From an uncultured delta proteobacterium (GTDB lineage: Bacteria; Myxococcota_A; Polyangia; Polyangiales; Polyangiaceae): a stretch of DNA of 64,000 nt. A program made the translations under genes and the position numbers. Under the pieces are notes generated by a model. The model saw only the letters and a program-made list of their open reading frames with translations, made no database searches and was not told where the DNA came from. This document shows positions 22,149-32,319 of the stretch, in pieces. Every line of letters begins with the position of its first letter. Position 1 is the first letter of the stretch. The stretch lies in NCBI GenBank assembly GCA_963827955.1, contig CAWHDJ010000018.1, forward strand, positions 1,053,297 through 1,117,296. Reading direction: 5' to 3'.

Positions 22149-23318
22149 ATGAGCACGACCGCACCGCCAGCATCGGGACCTCGTCCCGCCCCCAACCATC
22201 CCTCGGCGACGACCAGCGCGCCAGCGCCGTGCGCGCCCGCGCTCCTGCCAGCGGCCGGGATCGCCCTCGGGGAGGAGCTCGGCGGCGACGCCCTGGACGC
22301 GGGGGCCGCTCATCGACCCGAGGTCGACGTCGAGACCATGCGCTCCATCCATGCGCAGGTGCGCGATCTGGTACGGAGGGAATCGTCCGTGGGTGCGCCG
22401 GGATTCCGATTGGTCTGCGTGCTCGAAGGCGACATCTCCTGGCGCGACATCCGAATCGACGGGCCTGGCTACGCGGTCCTTGGCTCGCATCGCGGGTGCG
22501 ACGTCGTGCTCGCGCGCGATCGCGGCATCTGGAGACGCCATCTCGCCGCGATCTGCGTCCCCGTCGAGGATGGGCGCGTGGGCCTACGGCTGGTCGGTCT
22601 CGCGACCGACCAGCCGTTCTTTCTTGACGATGACACGCCACGACAGGCGGTCCTGGTGCGAGGGTCCTTCGCGATGCGCGTAGGCCGCCATGTCATCTGC
22701 GGCTTCCCCATCGGAGAGCGCGCAGACATCGGCAGCCCGTCCGAATTCACCCTCTGCCCGCCCGTCTCGCAACTTGGCGCGGTCAGCTCGGTCGGTGACG
22801 TCCGAGTGATCCTGGTCCGCGGCCACGTCGGAGCCGTCGTTGACCTTCCGGCAGCGGCGTTCGATGGCGGCGTGCTCATCGGCCGGGCGCTCCGATGCTG
22901 CGACGAGGGGCTCCGTCGGGTCTGCGGGGACGCGATCTCGCGCGGTCACGTGCTCATCGTGCGCGTCGGCGGAGACATGCTCGCCTTCGATCTCTGCTCC
23001 AGCAACGGCACCCGGGAGGCCGGGGTCCGCGTGCGGCGGGCCCGGCTGCGCGGCGCCGCACCAAGACTTCAGCTCGGCAAGGACGTGATCCTGACAATCG
23101 CGCTCCCCGGGCTTTGGGTCGGAGGGGATCCGCATGCCGACATCCGCGCTCGGGTACCCGGTCACCCAACGTTTGGAGACTGCTCCGAGCGCGAGTGCAT
23201 GGTCTGCGGCGTACGAGACTGCCCTCGCGGGGACCCTCTTCACTACCAACAGGATGGCTGCCCAGCCTGCGGGGTTGATTCCCCCCGCGGACCGGCCACG
23301 CCAGGAGATGCCGCATGA
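22149..23318 (+). CDS. Protein with two FHA domains. The start is uncertain.
   Basis: GYAVLGSHRGCDVVLARDRGIWRRHLAAICVPVEDGRVGLRLVGLATDQPFFLDDD and GVLIGRALRCCDEGLRRVCGDAISRGHVLIVRVGGDMLAFDLCSSNGTREAGVRV both fit the FHA pattern (GR..cD..l.d..vSR.Ha.i......l.Dl.S.NGT). Confidence 0.6.
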   Translation: MSTTAPPASGPRPAPNHPSATTSAPAPCAPALLPAAGIALGEELGGDALDAGAAHRPEVDVETMRSIHAQVRDLVRRESSVGAPGFRLVCVLEGDISWRDIRIDGPGYAVLGSHRGCDVVLARDRGIWRRHLAAICVPVEDGRVGLRLVGLATDQPFFLDDDTPRQAVLVRGSFAMRVGRHVICGFPIGERADIGSPSEFTLCPPVSQLGAVSSVGDVRVILVRGHVGAVVDLPAAAFDGGVLIGRALRCCDEGLRRVCGDAISRGHVLIVRVGGDMLAFDLCSSNGTREAGVRVRRARLRGAAPRLQLGKDVILTIALPGLWVGGDPHADIRARVPGHPTFGDCSERECMVCGVRDCPRGDPLHYQQDGCPACGVDSPRGPATPGDAA

Positions 23319-23570
23319 ACCACACTTCCCACGGAATCGTGGCCGCACGGCAGGCGTTGCTCGACAGCATCGCGGCGGAGGTGAGCGCGTTCCTGCCTCG
23401 GCTTCCCAGCCGTCGCCCACGAAGCGTCGCCGCGGTTCAAGCGGGTGTATGAGAACTTGGAGACGAACTCCCGCGGGGGCCTTCGATCCTCGGCGGAAGC
23501 GCTCTCCTTTCACCCTCCCGACCCTCGCGGGTCGAGCCGACGCCTGTAGGAGTGTATCCTCTGGCGTTCC

Positions 23571-26500
23571 ATGGAAGCTGGAGCCATTTTGCAGGGTCGC
23601 TACCGCGTGGTCCGCGCAGCGGGCGCCGGCGGCATGGGCGGCGTCTATCGCGCCGACAATCTCGCCACGGGCCGCGCCGTCGCGCTGAAGGTCCTCCTGC
23701 ACCAAGACGCCGCCGCGTCGAGCCGCTTCGTGCAGGAGGCCCAATCGCTCGCGGCGGTGAGCCACCCGGCGATAGTCGGCTACGTGGACCACGGCGTGGC
23801 CGAGGAGGGGCGCCTCTTCCTCGTGATGGAGTGGATCGAGGGCGAGGATCTCGCGGCGGTGCTGGCGCGCGGGGCGATGGCTCCGACGGAGGCGCTCGCC
23901 GTCGCGCGCCGCGTGGCGGCCGGGCTGGCCGCGCTACATGCGGCGGGCGTCGTGCACCGCGACCTGAAGCCCGCGAACGTCGTGCTGGAGAGCGGCGATC
24001 CGGCGCGCGCGCGCATCGTCGACCTCGGCATCGCACGTGCAGGATGGCGCACGCGGGCACTGACACGCACGGGCGCCATCCTGGGGACCGCGGGCTACAT
24101 GGCCCCTGAGCAGATCGAGGCGTCGCGCGGCGCCGACTCGCGCGCGGACGTGTACGCGCTCGGGTGCGTCCTGTTCGAGTGCCTCGCGGGCCGGCCGGCG
24201 TTCGATGGCGGGCACCTGCTCATGGTGCTCGCGCGGGCGTTGGGCGACGAGCCGCCGCGCCTGCGCGAGATCGTCCCCGGCGTGCCGGACGAGATCGACG
24301 CGTTGGTTGCGCGGATGATGGCGCGCCACCCGGCGCAGCGCCCCGAGGACGGCGCCGCGGCTCTTGCGGCCCTCGAGCGCGTCGCGGCGTGGGGGGACGC
24401 CGCCTCCACCGCGGCGCCGGGCGCGGCGGAGGGCGTGCCTCTGCGGGGGGAGCGGAGGCCCCTGGGCCTTGTGCTCGCGCGCGCGCCAGACGACCTAGCC
24501 GACGCGACGATGGACGCCGCCGACGCCGGAGCCGCGCACGCGGCCGCAGATGTGGTCGCGGCCCGCTGGGGAGCGCGCGCGTGGAGCTTCGGCGCCGACG
24601 CCCTGGCGCTCGTCGTTCAGCACCCGGGCGGCGCGCGCGAGCAGGCTGCGCGATCCGCGCGAGCGGCGCTCGATCTGGAGGCGAGGCTCCCCGGGTGGAC
24701 CCTCGCGGTGGCGACCCCGAGCGCCGACATGAGCGGCGAGGTGCTGGCCGCCGTAGTCGACCGCGCGGCGGGGCTGCTCGTGGCGGGCGCCGGAGGCGTG
24801 CGGCTCGACCCGGTGACGGCCGCGTTACTCGACGTGGGCTTCGACGTCGAGCACACGGGCGCGGGGGCGCTCCTCTGCGGCTTCTCGGCGGCGCGCGACG
24901 ACGCCCGGCCGCTCCTGGGCAAGCTGACGCCGTGCGTGGGCCGCGAGGCGGAGCTGCGGTTGCTCGAGGGCGCGCTCGCCGCGTGTGACGACGAGCAGGC
25001 CCCGCGCGCGGTGGTCGTGCTCGCCGACGCGGGCTGGGGGAAGTCCAAGCTCCGCCGCGAGATCATCGCGCGCGCCCGCGAGCGGGGGACGGTGCGCGTC
25101 GTTCAGGCGCGCGCGGAGATGGACGGCGCGCTACACGGCCTCGGGATCGTGCGCTCGCTGCTCGCCGACGCCGCCGGGCTCGGCGACGAGGCGGGCTCAG
25201 CGCGCTGGCGGGCGCTCGCTGGGCACGTCGAGCGGACGATCGCGGGGGCGAGTGCGGACCTCGTGGAGATTTGCGGCGAGCTCGCGGGCGCGCCCCCGCC
25301 GGAGCCGGGGGAGGCGCTCCGAGCCGCGCGCAAGGATCCCGCGGAGCTGCGCTGGCGGGCGATCGAAGCGGTCGCGGCTTGGCTGCGGGGCGAGGCCCGC
25401 GAGCGGACGGTGCTCGTGTCGCTGGAGGATCTGCACCAGGCGGACGCCAGCAGCGTCGGGGTGCTCGTCGAGGCATGGAAGGAGCTGGGCGACACGCCGG
25501 TGCTCCTCGTCGGCACCGCCCGACCCGAGGTCGACGACCTGCACCCTCACCTCTTCGCGATGCGCGGGATGCAGACGGTGCGGCTCGGCCCGCTAGCGCG
25601 CCGCGCAGCGGAACGGCTCGCGCGGCAGGCGCTCGGCGACGGGACGCCGGCGGATCGCGTCGCCCGGATCGTCGACCGCGCGGGCGGCCACCCGCTGCTC
25701 CTGGAGGAGCTGGTGCGCCACGCAGCCGCCGCGCGCGACGACGCCGAGGCGCCGGCGTCGGTGCTCGCGCTCCTGCAATCGCGCCTGCTCGCGCTCGATC
25801 CGGCGGCGCGCCGCCTGCTCCGCGCGGCGAGCGTGTTCGGGGAGCGCTTCCCGCCCGAGGGGGTCCTCGCTTTGCTGCCGGAAGGCGCACGCGCCGACGT
25901 CCCCGTGCTGCTCGACGCGCTGACGCACGAGGAGCTGGTCGTCGCCCCTCGGCGGGGCGCGACGGACGCCGAGGGGTACGTCTTCCGGCACGCGCTCGTG
26001 TGCGCCGCCGCCTACGACATGCTGCCCGCGGACGAGCGCGCGGCCGCCCACCGCGCGGCGGCCGCATGGCTCGCAGCGCGCCCCGAGTCCGACGAGGCGG
26101 CCGTCGCCGATCAGCTCGCGCGGGCCGGCGACGCCGCCGCAGCCGCGCCGTGGTTCCTCCGGGCGAGCCGGAGAGCGGCGGAGCGCAGCGGGGTCGTCGA
26201 GGCGATCGCGCTCGCGCGCCGAGGGCAAGCCGACGGCGTGGACGTCGGGCTCCACGTCGAGCTGGTCGTCGAGGAAGCCTGGGACCTCATGAACCTCGAA
26301 GACCTTGCCGCCGCTTTCACGGCGCTCCACGACCGGGTGCCCTGGTCCCGCCTCCGGGTCGGGTCGCCCCTGTGGGTGATGGCGAAGGCGAGCGAGGCGG
26401 CGCTGGCCGGCTTCGCCAGCGAGCCAGGAGCGCTCGTCGAGGGCGTCGGCGCCCTGCTCGCGCAGACGGTCGAGCCCCCTCCTCCCATCGAGACGTGGGG

Positions 26501-27413
26501 CCGCGCTGTCGCGCTGCTGGTGCCCGCGCTCGTCCACCTGGCGATGGTGGACGAAGTCCGTGCGCTGCTGGCGCTCGCCGAGCGAAGCGGGCCGCTGCGA
26601 GATGACGATCCCTTCCTGGCGTTCCTCGAATTTGCACGCGCTGGCCATCACCTGTGCACCGACAGCGGGGCCGCGATCGCCGAGATCCGTCGGTGCGTCG
26701 ATCGGTCGAAACGGGCCGGCCTGCGCGATCGCCACGGGTTCGCCGCGGTCGCAGCCGTTATCCTCGCGGTCGCCGGCTGCGCCGGCGAGGCGACCTCCGT
26801 CGCGCGCTCGACGCGCGCGCACGTCGAGCGCCGGCGCGAAGGCTTCTATGCCAACTGGATCACAATCGCGGAGCTGCTCACCCGCATCTACCGCGAGTCG
26901 CCGGAGAATTGCGAAGCGTACGCGGCGCGGCTCAACACGACAGACTGGGTGAGCTTCGCGTACGGAAAGGCGGACGCCAGGATGAGCGCGGCGCTCGCGG
27001 CCCCTGGCGATCGCGGTGTGGTCGATGCGGTCTTCGCCGACATCTCGGGGATGGCGGAGGCACTCGTGACGTTCTCGACCGTCTCGATGACGCTGGCCTC
27101 GTTCCTCGCGCACCTCGAGCTGATGCGCGAGCACCCCCTCGAGGCGCTCGCCCACTCCGATCGCGGTCTGCGAGACTTCGTGACCGGAGACATAAGCGCG
27201 CGCACCTCGCTGCGGCTGTCGCGGATCCGCGCCCTCGCGGCGCTCGGCCGGCACGATGACGCGCGCGCCGCGCTGCACGAGGCCCGTGCCCGCATCGCGC
27301 GCATCGCCTCTGAGATCGAGCGCCCGGAGGACCGGGCCGCCTTTCTCGCGCACCCGCTGAGCGCGGAGACGCTCGCATTCAACATGTCCAGCCCGGCGGG
27401 GCTCGGCGCCTGA
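23571..27413 (+). CDS. Ser/Thr protein kinase with a large C-terminal ATPase/TPR-like regulatory region (1280 aa).
   Basis: Hanks kinase motifs: GAGGMGGVY, VALKVL, HRDLKPANVVL, DLGIARAG, GTAGYMAPEQ. A P-loop-like segment (ADAGWGKSKLRRE) lies downstream, followed by Ala/Leu-rich helical repeats. Confidence 0.85.
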   Translation: MEAGAILQGRYRVVRAAGAGGMGGVYRADNLATGRAVALKVLLHQDAAASSRFVQEAQSLAAVSHPAIVGYVDHGVAEEGRLFLVMEWIEGEDLAAVLARGAMAPTEALAVARRVAAGLAALHAAGVVHRDLKPANVVLESGDPARARIVDLGIARAGWRTRALTRTGAILGTAGYMAPEQIEASRGADSRADVYALGCVLFECLAGRPAFDGGHLLMVLARALGDEPPRLREIVPGVPDEIDALVARMMARHPAQRPEDGAAALAALERVAAWGDAASTAAPGAAEGVPLRGERRPLGLVLARAPDDLADATMDAADAGAAHAAADVVAARWGARAWSFGADALALVVQHPGGAREQAARSARAALDLEARLPGWTLAVATPSADMSGEVLAAVVDRAAGLLVAGAGGVRLDPVTAALLDVGFDVEHTGAGALLCGFSAARDDARPLLGKLTPCVGREAELRLLEGALAACDDEQAPRAVVVLADAGWGKSKLRREIIARARERGTVRVVQARAEMDGALHGLGIVRSLLADAAGLGDEAGSARWRALAGHVERTIAGASADLVEICGELAGAPPPEPGEALRAARKDPAELRWRAIEAVAAWLRGEARERTVLVSLEDLHQADASSVGVLVEAWKELGDTPVLLVGTARPEVDDLHPHLFAMRGMQTVRLGPLARRAAERLARQALGDGTPADRVARIVDRAGGHPLLLEELVRHAAAARDDAEAPASVLALLQSRLLALDPAARRLLRAASVFGERFPPEGVLALLPEGARADVPVLLDALTHEELVVAPRRGATDAEGYVFRHALVCAAAYDMLPADERAAAHRAAAAWLAARPESDEAAVADQLARAGDAAAAAPWFLRASRRAAERSGVVEAIALARRGQADGVDVGLHVELVVEEAWDLMNLEDLAAAFTALHDRVPWSRLRVGSPLWVMAKASEAALAGFASEPGALVEGVGALLAQTVEPPPPIETWGRAVALLVPALVHLAMVDEVRALLALAERSGPLRDDDPFLAFLEFARAGHHLCTDSGAAIAEIRRCVDRSKRAGLRDRHGFAAVAAVILAVAGCAGEATSVARSTRAHVERRREGFYANWITIAELLTRIYRESPENCEAYAARLNTTDWVSFAYGKADARMSAALAAPGDRGVVDAVFADISGMAEALVTFSTVSMTLASFLAHLELMREHPLEALAHSDRGLRDFVTGDISARTSLRLSRIRALAALGRHDDARAALHEARARIARIASEIERPEDRAAFLAHPLSAETLAFNMSSPAGLGA

Positions 27414-28215
27414 GCCGAGTTCTGCTCCGTTGTCTCTCGACCCTCGGCGGCCTCGTCGACCCGCTCGTCGACTCCGTGCGGTCGTTCTGCTCGGGCGCTG
27501 CGACGCGTTCTCGCCGACGCTTTCAACTTGCTCGTCGCGGAGGCAACCAGCCCGGTCTGCCCAGCCCTCGGGGTCCCCGGGGGCAACTGGACCATCTTGA
27601 GGGACGACGAGCCCGCCAATCAACCGACTGGAGAGGGGAGGAACATTTGATCGCCCGAGGGAGGAGGAACTGATCGCCGCTCCCAGGGCTGGTGCGCCTC
27701 CGGGATCTCATGGGGCCCGTCGGGCTCACACGCTACCGGCTGCCGGCGCGCTGCACCCGCAAGATGCGGGCACCCAGCATGCCACCGAGGGTGCGCGCGT
27801 CCCCCACCCCTCGTCCTCGGTAGGACGGTGACGCCCCCCTGGCTGACAAGGCCGTCGGCCCCTTCACGCCGCTTGCGGCCTACCTCGGCGAGGTCATTCG
27901 CCTCGTCTGCCGGACGAGCACGCGGCCTGGGCGGCGGCCCAGGACGCGGCCATCTGCCAGCCAGCCCGTCCTGTGGTCAAAGCACCCTGCCACCGCTGAG
28001 TCGCGGACGCGTGCGGTCGCTGACCATCATGATGCTCACAGCGCGCCCCGAGGGGTTGACGCCATCTGGGAAGCGCGCGCTATGCGCAAGGCCATGCTGG
28101 GCCTGGTAGTCGCGATCACAGTCCGTCAGCCGCACGAACGCGTCGACGAAGGGGATCGCCCGCCGCGCGTGCCGGTGTTAACGCGGTCGCGAGGCGCGCG
28201 CTACACGCCCGCACC

Positions 28216-28863
28216 ATGTTGGGGCTCGTCATCTCCACGGGCATCGCGGTCGGGCCGCCGTCCCCATCCGACGGCGGCTTCATCACGCGGCACAAGATCC
28301 ACGTCTTCACTTTCGACAAGGAAGAGCGGGAAGATACCCCGCCGCCGGTTGAAATGGGCCGGATTGAACTGGCCGTGGTCCACGTCGCAGCAGCGGATGA
28401 GAGCGCGGCCAGTCTAGGCGACGTGCTGTACTGCGCGGGCCCGGACTTCAGGAAGCTGCACGACACGTACTTCGACGAGTTCGGACTCTTCAGGCATCCG
28501 TTCCGCAGCAGTCCCGGCGCGGGCCTCGCGTTCGTGGAGCGCATCACGCTCGACCCTCCGTGGCTCGGGCGCAACATCGACCTCGCGATCGTCCATCGGC
28601 TACGGCAGACCCTCGCCGAGGGCTGCAAGCTCCTCGTCGTGGACTCCGCCTCCCGCGAGGAGGCGGAGCACTGGATGCAGATCGGGTTCGAGCACTCTCG
28701 CGCCGGGCAGGAGCACGGCTTCATGCACCTGTCAGGCCGCGGTCATCCGCGAATCGCAGAGGAGCCGAACGACGAGCATCGCTTCAAGGTCGTCCCGCCG
28801 AGTCGGTTCGCGTGGGTAGACGAGGACGACAAAGCAGACGACGAGGGCGACGAAGACGCTTGA
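28216..28863 (+). CDS. Hypothetical protein of 215 aa with an acidic C-terminus, inside the putative integrated element.
   Basis: Coding-like ORF (…ELAVVHVAAADESAASLGDVLYCAGPDFRKLHDTYFDEFGLF…LAIVHRLRQTLAEGCKLLVVDSASREEAEHWMQIGFE…). No recognisable domain and the start is uncertain. Confidence 0.4.
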   Translation: MLGLVISTGIAVGPPSPSDGGFITRHKIHVFTFDKEEREDTPPPVEMGRIELAVVHVAAADESAASLGDVLYCAGPDFRKLHDTYFDEFGLFRHPFRSSPGAGLAFVERITLDPPWLGRNIDLAIVHRLRQTLAEGCKLLVVDSASREEAEHWMQIGFEHSRAGQEHGFMHLSGRGHPRIAEEPNDEHRFKVVPPSRFAWVDEDDKADDEGDEDA

Positions 28864-29031
28864 CGTGCGCCGCTCCAGCGCGGCACGGCAGCACGGTGGC
28901 TGCACGACAACCGTCCCGATGGTGCGGGTGCTGCTTGCCCCGCGATGGCTCTCCTCGGCATCGCCGCGGGGCGCGCGCCGCGCTGAAGCACGCGCGCGCA
29001 GCACCAGCGCAAGCTAACGTCGTCGCGACAA

Positions 29032-29514
29032 TCAGGGGCGTCTCTTTCGGGGAGGTTCCTGCTTGGACTGTATGCGTCCGGCTATCGCGTCGCTGCGCGC
29101 TCCGGGTCGGGAGAGATCCGCGCTCGCGGTCATCACGCTCACATGGGAGCCTCCATCCACGACCGTGACGACCCCGAGGTTGTGGCACACCATCCAAGTC
29201 AATAGGGGAGCCAGCTCGGGTCGGTGCATCGCGGCGCTTCGGGAGGTCACGCAGTCCCCGGTCACCGGGTTGCTGTGGGTGGTGCCAGCGTCGGGCGGCC
29301 ACGCATCGCCCAGGAGTTGTTCGGGAAGCACGCACAGTGCCGCAGCCAAGAGCCGCAGGTTCTGCTCCTTCGGCGGATACGCCCCGTACTCGTACCGCTG
29401 GATGCGCTTCACATCGATGCCCGTGCGCTCCGCGAGGGCTTTCTGCGTCAGGCGCGCGAGTCGGCGAAAGTGTGCGAGGCGCTGGCCGAACTCGGCGTTC
29501 TCGGATGGCGACAT
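29032..29514 (-). CDS. XRE-family (Cro/CI-type HTH) transcriptional regulator.
   Basis: Internal Met at 29514: MSPSENAEFGQRLAHFRRLARLTQKALAERTGIDVKRIQRYEYGAYPPKEQNLRLLAAALCVLPEQLLGD, a classic XRE HTH. The upstream part of ORF 29032..29820 (MDRLMDRLMDRL...) is read from the tandem repeat and is rejected as coding. Confidence 0.6.
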   Translation of the reverse strand: MSPSENAEFGQRLAHFRRLARLTQKALAERTGIDVKRIQRYEYGAYPPKEQNLRLLAAALCVLPEQLLGDAWPPDAGTTHSNPVTGDCVTSRSAAMHRPELAPLLTWMVCHNLGVVTVVDGGSHVSVMTASADLSRPGARSDAIAGRIQSKQEPPRKRRP

Positions 29515-29775
29515 CGGTCGGGAAACCTCCGCAAGCGGGATTGACGGCTGCGAGCGCGCGCAGCGGGTCCACCCACGGGAGCGCCCCGGTGGATGGCGTG
29601 CGCTGACGGCGTACCCATCAGGCTCATCGACGCGTGCCCAACCCGAGTTGCGTGGATCACCAAATATTTTCGCGCGGCGTCTGGTGCGCAAACAATCGCC
29701 CCAGCGCTCAGCCACGATGCCCCGGATCCGCACGCCTGTCCGGCAACCGCATCGGGGCGCTTTTGTCAAGCGAGG

Positions 29776-29822
29776 GACGGTCAACAGACGGTCCATCAGA
29801 CGGTCCATCAGACGGTCCATCC
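29776..29822. repeat. Four tandem copies of a 12-bp unit (GACGGTCAACA, then GACGGTCCATCA twice, then GACGGTCCATCC), lying between the XRE gene and the serine recombinase gene.
   Basis: Read directly: gggacggtcaacagacggtccatcagacggtccatcagacggtccatccagg. Confidence 0.85.
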
Positions 29823-30619
29823 AGGCTGGCCGTGCGCGTGGGGTTCGCTATCCCTTGCGCCCTCTCGCCCCACCCAGTGCCACGTGATGGCGAGGCCGCT
29901 CGGCTTCCCTCTCGGAGCCCCCCGACGGCGCGGTGCGGGAGGGATGTGAGCAAGCCGTGAACGAATCGACGCAGAGCGAGTCAGCAGACCAGTCCTCGAA
30001 CCCCGCGGATGTCCCATCCCAGCCGGCCGCGGGCCTTCCACCACGTACACGCAGACCGATGCGTGACGTACCGATGCTCGGAGCACCGCCGTGGCTCTGG
30101 GCGGCCAGACCGTCGCCGAGCACGTCGTTCGGTACGCCAGCCCACCATGCGAAGCGGTTCGGTGCTCGACGGCGTCGACGGCCCGCTGGCCTTCGTGTGT
30201 ATCATCGGTCCGCAACGAGGAGGATGTGCTCGCCGCCCAAGCCCACAAGCTCGACGACGCTGCGCTGGCGCCGCAACCTCGCGACGTCCGTGGTGGTCGC
30301 AGGAGCCGCGTCGTGAGCGGCGACGGAGCCCGCAGGCACCCGAGGACCCCCGCGACGCGCACGCGGGAATGCTGCGGCCGCCCTCGAGCGTCTTACCGTG
30401 TGCAGGTCGAGCGCTCGGCGCCCGACGCGTACACCGCTCAGATCAAGGTCATGGACGACGCCGCCACTCCACATCCCGACGAAGAGCTCGCACCGGGCGT
30501 GTTCGATGTGGTGGGAGAGCTGCTGCTGGAGCTGACGCGCGAGGGGACGGGATGAAGCACATCGGCGAGAGAGTGCGGCTGATTCTGTTCGTGGACTGGT
30601 GCGGCTCCGGAACGCTTCC

Positions 30620-32290
30620 ATGCGTTCTACGTCCGGGTCACGAAGAAGGAGTCGCTGCGGACGGACCTGTCGATCCCCAACCGAGATCGCAAGGTCTCAC
30701 GAGGTGGCGGCGCAACGCGGCTGGGGCGACTACTGCATCTACGTCGAGCTGACCGACGTCAATGCCAAGTGGTGGGTGGAGAAGCGACCGGCGTTCAAGC
30801 GGCTCGTCGAGGACATCCGCGCGCGGCGCGTCATCGCGGTCTGTGCCCGGCACACGGACCGGCTCTGGCGGGGCGACATCCAAAACAAGTTCCTGAAAGA
30901 GCTGAGCGATCATCGCGCCGAGCTGTGGGACTTCACGTGCCAGCGCGAGTTCAAGAGCGCACAGGGCCGCTTCGCCATCCAGATGCTCAGCGCCGCGGGC
31001 GAGTACGAGGTGAACCTCACCGGCGAGCGCATCCGCGAGATGAAGCGTGGCAAGGCGCTCGGGGGCCAGCCCGGCGGTGGACCGCCTCCCTTCGGCTACA
31101 CCTCACAGTCCCGCCGCAAGCTGGCCTTGGTCGAATCCGGAGCCGAGGACGATGAAGCCTACCGTCAAGCGTGCGTGGCGTTTCCCATCGGTAACGCGTG
31201 GTACATCGACGAGGTTGAGGGCCCGGTCGTCCGGATCATCTTTGCGCTCTACACCGCGCCGGACACGCAGTGGGGTACGAAGCGGATCGCACGCTACCTC
31301 AGCGCGAACGGCCATAGAGCGCGCGAAGGGGGGCCGTGGTCCTCGAACACCATCCGCAAGCTCATCGCGAACCCGGTCTACGGCGGCTACACGACCTTCG
31401 ACGAGGATGCCTACACGGAGAAGGTTCCGTCATCGCTGCCGCGCCGCCGTCAGAAGCGCTTCCAGGGGAAGCATCCGCTCATCATTCCTGCTGAGCAGTG
31501 GGAGCGCGCGCAGGAGATCCGCGACACCCAGCACTCGTTCAAGCGCACGCGTCCGGGCCCCAAGTCGAGCGAGGTCTTCTCGCTCGTCGGCATCCTGCGG
31601 TGCCCGAAGTGCGGCAAGAGCATGATCGGCAAGCTGGCTGGCAGCTCAAACAAGTCGCAGAGGCGCTACTACATGTGCGGCCTTCGCCACACTTCGGGCC
31701 CTGACCAGTGCGACTTCCCGCTGATCGACGCAGTGGCCCTTCAGCGTGAGGTCTGGAGCTGGCTGCACGACGTCCTGCAGCTCACCCGCCTACGTGCACG
31801 AGCACGTGCAGCGGCTGCAAGCGAAGCTCGCGGCGCAGATCCCGGACCTCGAGCGCAGCGTCGGCGTGCTGGACCGGCGCGAGACCGAGGTGCGCGCGGC
31901 GATGGCCAAGTATTTCCGCTTGCTCGAGGCGTCCGACGATCGCGAGCGTGACGCGCCCCTTCTGGAGCGGGTGCGCGAGCTGGGCGCTGAGCTGCGTAGC
32001 GTACAGGCCACGCTCACGGAGGTGCGACGTGAGGCGGTGGCGGTTCCCGCGCCGACGATCAGCGTCGAGCAAGTTCAAGCGTACCTGGCAGCGCTGCGCA
32101 CCCGCGTTGACGAGCGCCCGGGACTCCAGCGAGCCGTGTTCCACCAGTTTCGCCAGGACCACGACCTGGACGTCCGCCCCGTCTCCAAGACCGAGTTCGT
32201 CCTGTCGATCGCCTTCCGCGCCGGCCAATTCGTGCATACCGGGAACGCGGGGCGGAAGGGCACCGGGCGGCTGTACGCCGTGGTGAGCCC
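30620..32290 (+). CDS. Large serine recombinase with resolvase catalytic domain, recombinase domain, zinc ribbon and coiled-coil. At least three frame changes are needed, near 30625, 30680 and 31780. The end is approximate.
   Basis: AFYVRVTKKESLRTDLSIPNQ (catalytic Ser region) appears in one frame. Then LEIARSHEVAAQRGWGDYCIYVELTDVNAKWWVEKRPAFKRLVEDIRARRVIAVCARHTDRLWRG follows in ORF 30599..31951. The recombinase domain has FGYTSQ and ANPVYGGY. The zinc ribbon is CPKCGKSMIGK...YYMCG. The coiled-coil continues in ORF 31746..33140 (VQRLQAKLAAQIPDLERSVGVLDRRETEVRAAMAKYFRLLE...). Confidence 0.8.
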
Positions 32291-32319
32291 AAGCACATCA
32301 CGGGGTGGGTCAGAGGGCG

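Noticed and set aside
25593-27623. 676-aa minus-strand ORF, plus many Arg-rich plus-strand ORFs (for example 25271..26605) within the Ser/Thr kinase gene.
   Set aside because: They have no motifs and are Arg/Gly-rich. The kinase frame is continuous and motif-supported.
27420-28200. Searched for a tRNA or tmRNA integration target at the left edge of the putative integrated element.
   Set aside because: No T-loop-like GGTTCGAATCC-type sequence or cloverleaf-compatible segment was seen by eye. Serine recombinases also do not require tRNA targets. This is not a confident absence.
29515-29820. MDRLMDRLMDRL N-terminus of ORF 29032..29820.
   Set aside because: It is produced by translating the 12-bp tandem repeat. 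The XRE HTH begins at the internal Met at 29514.
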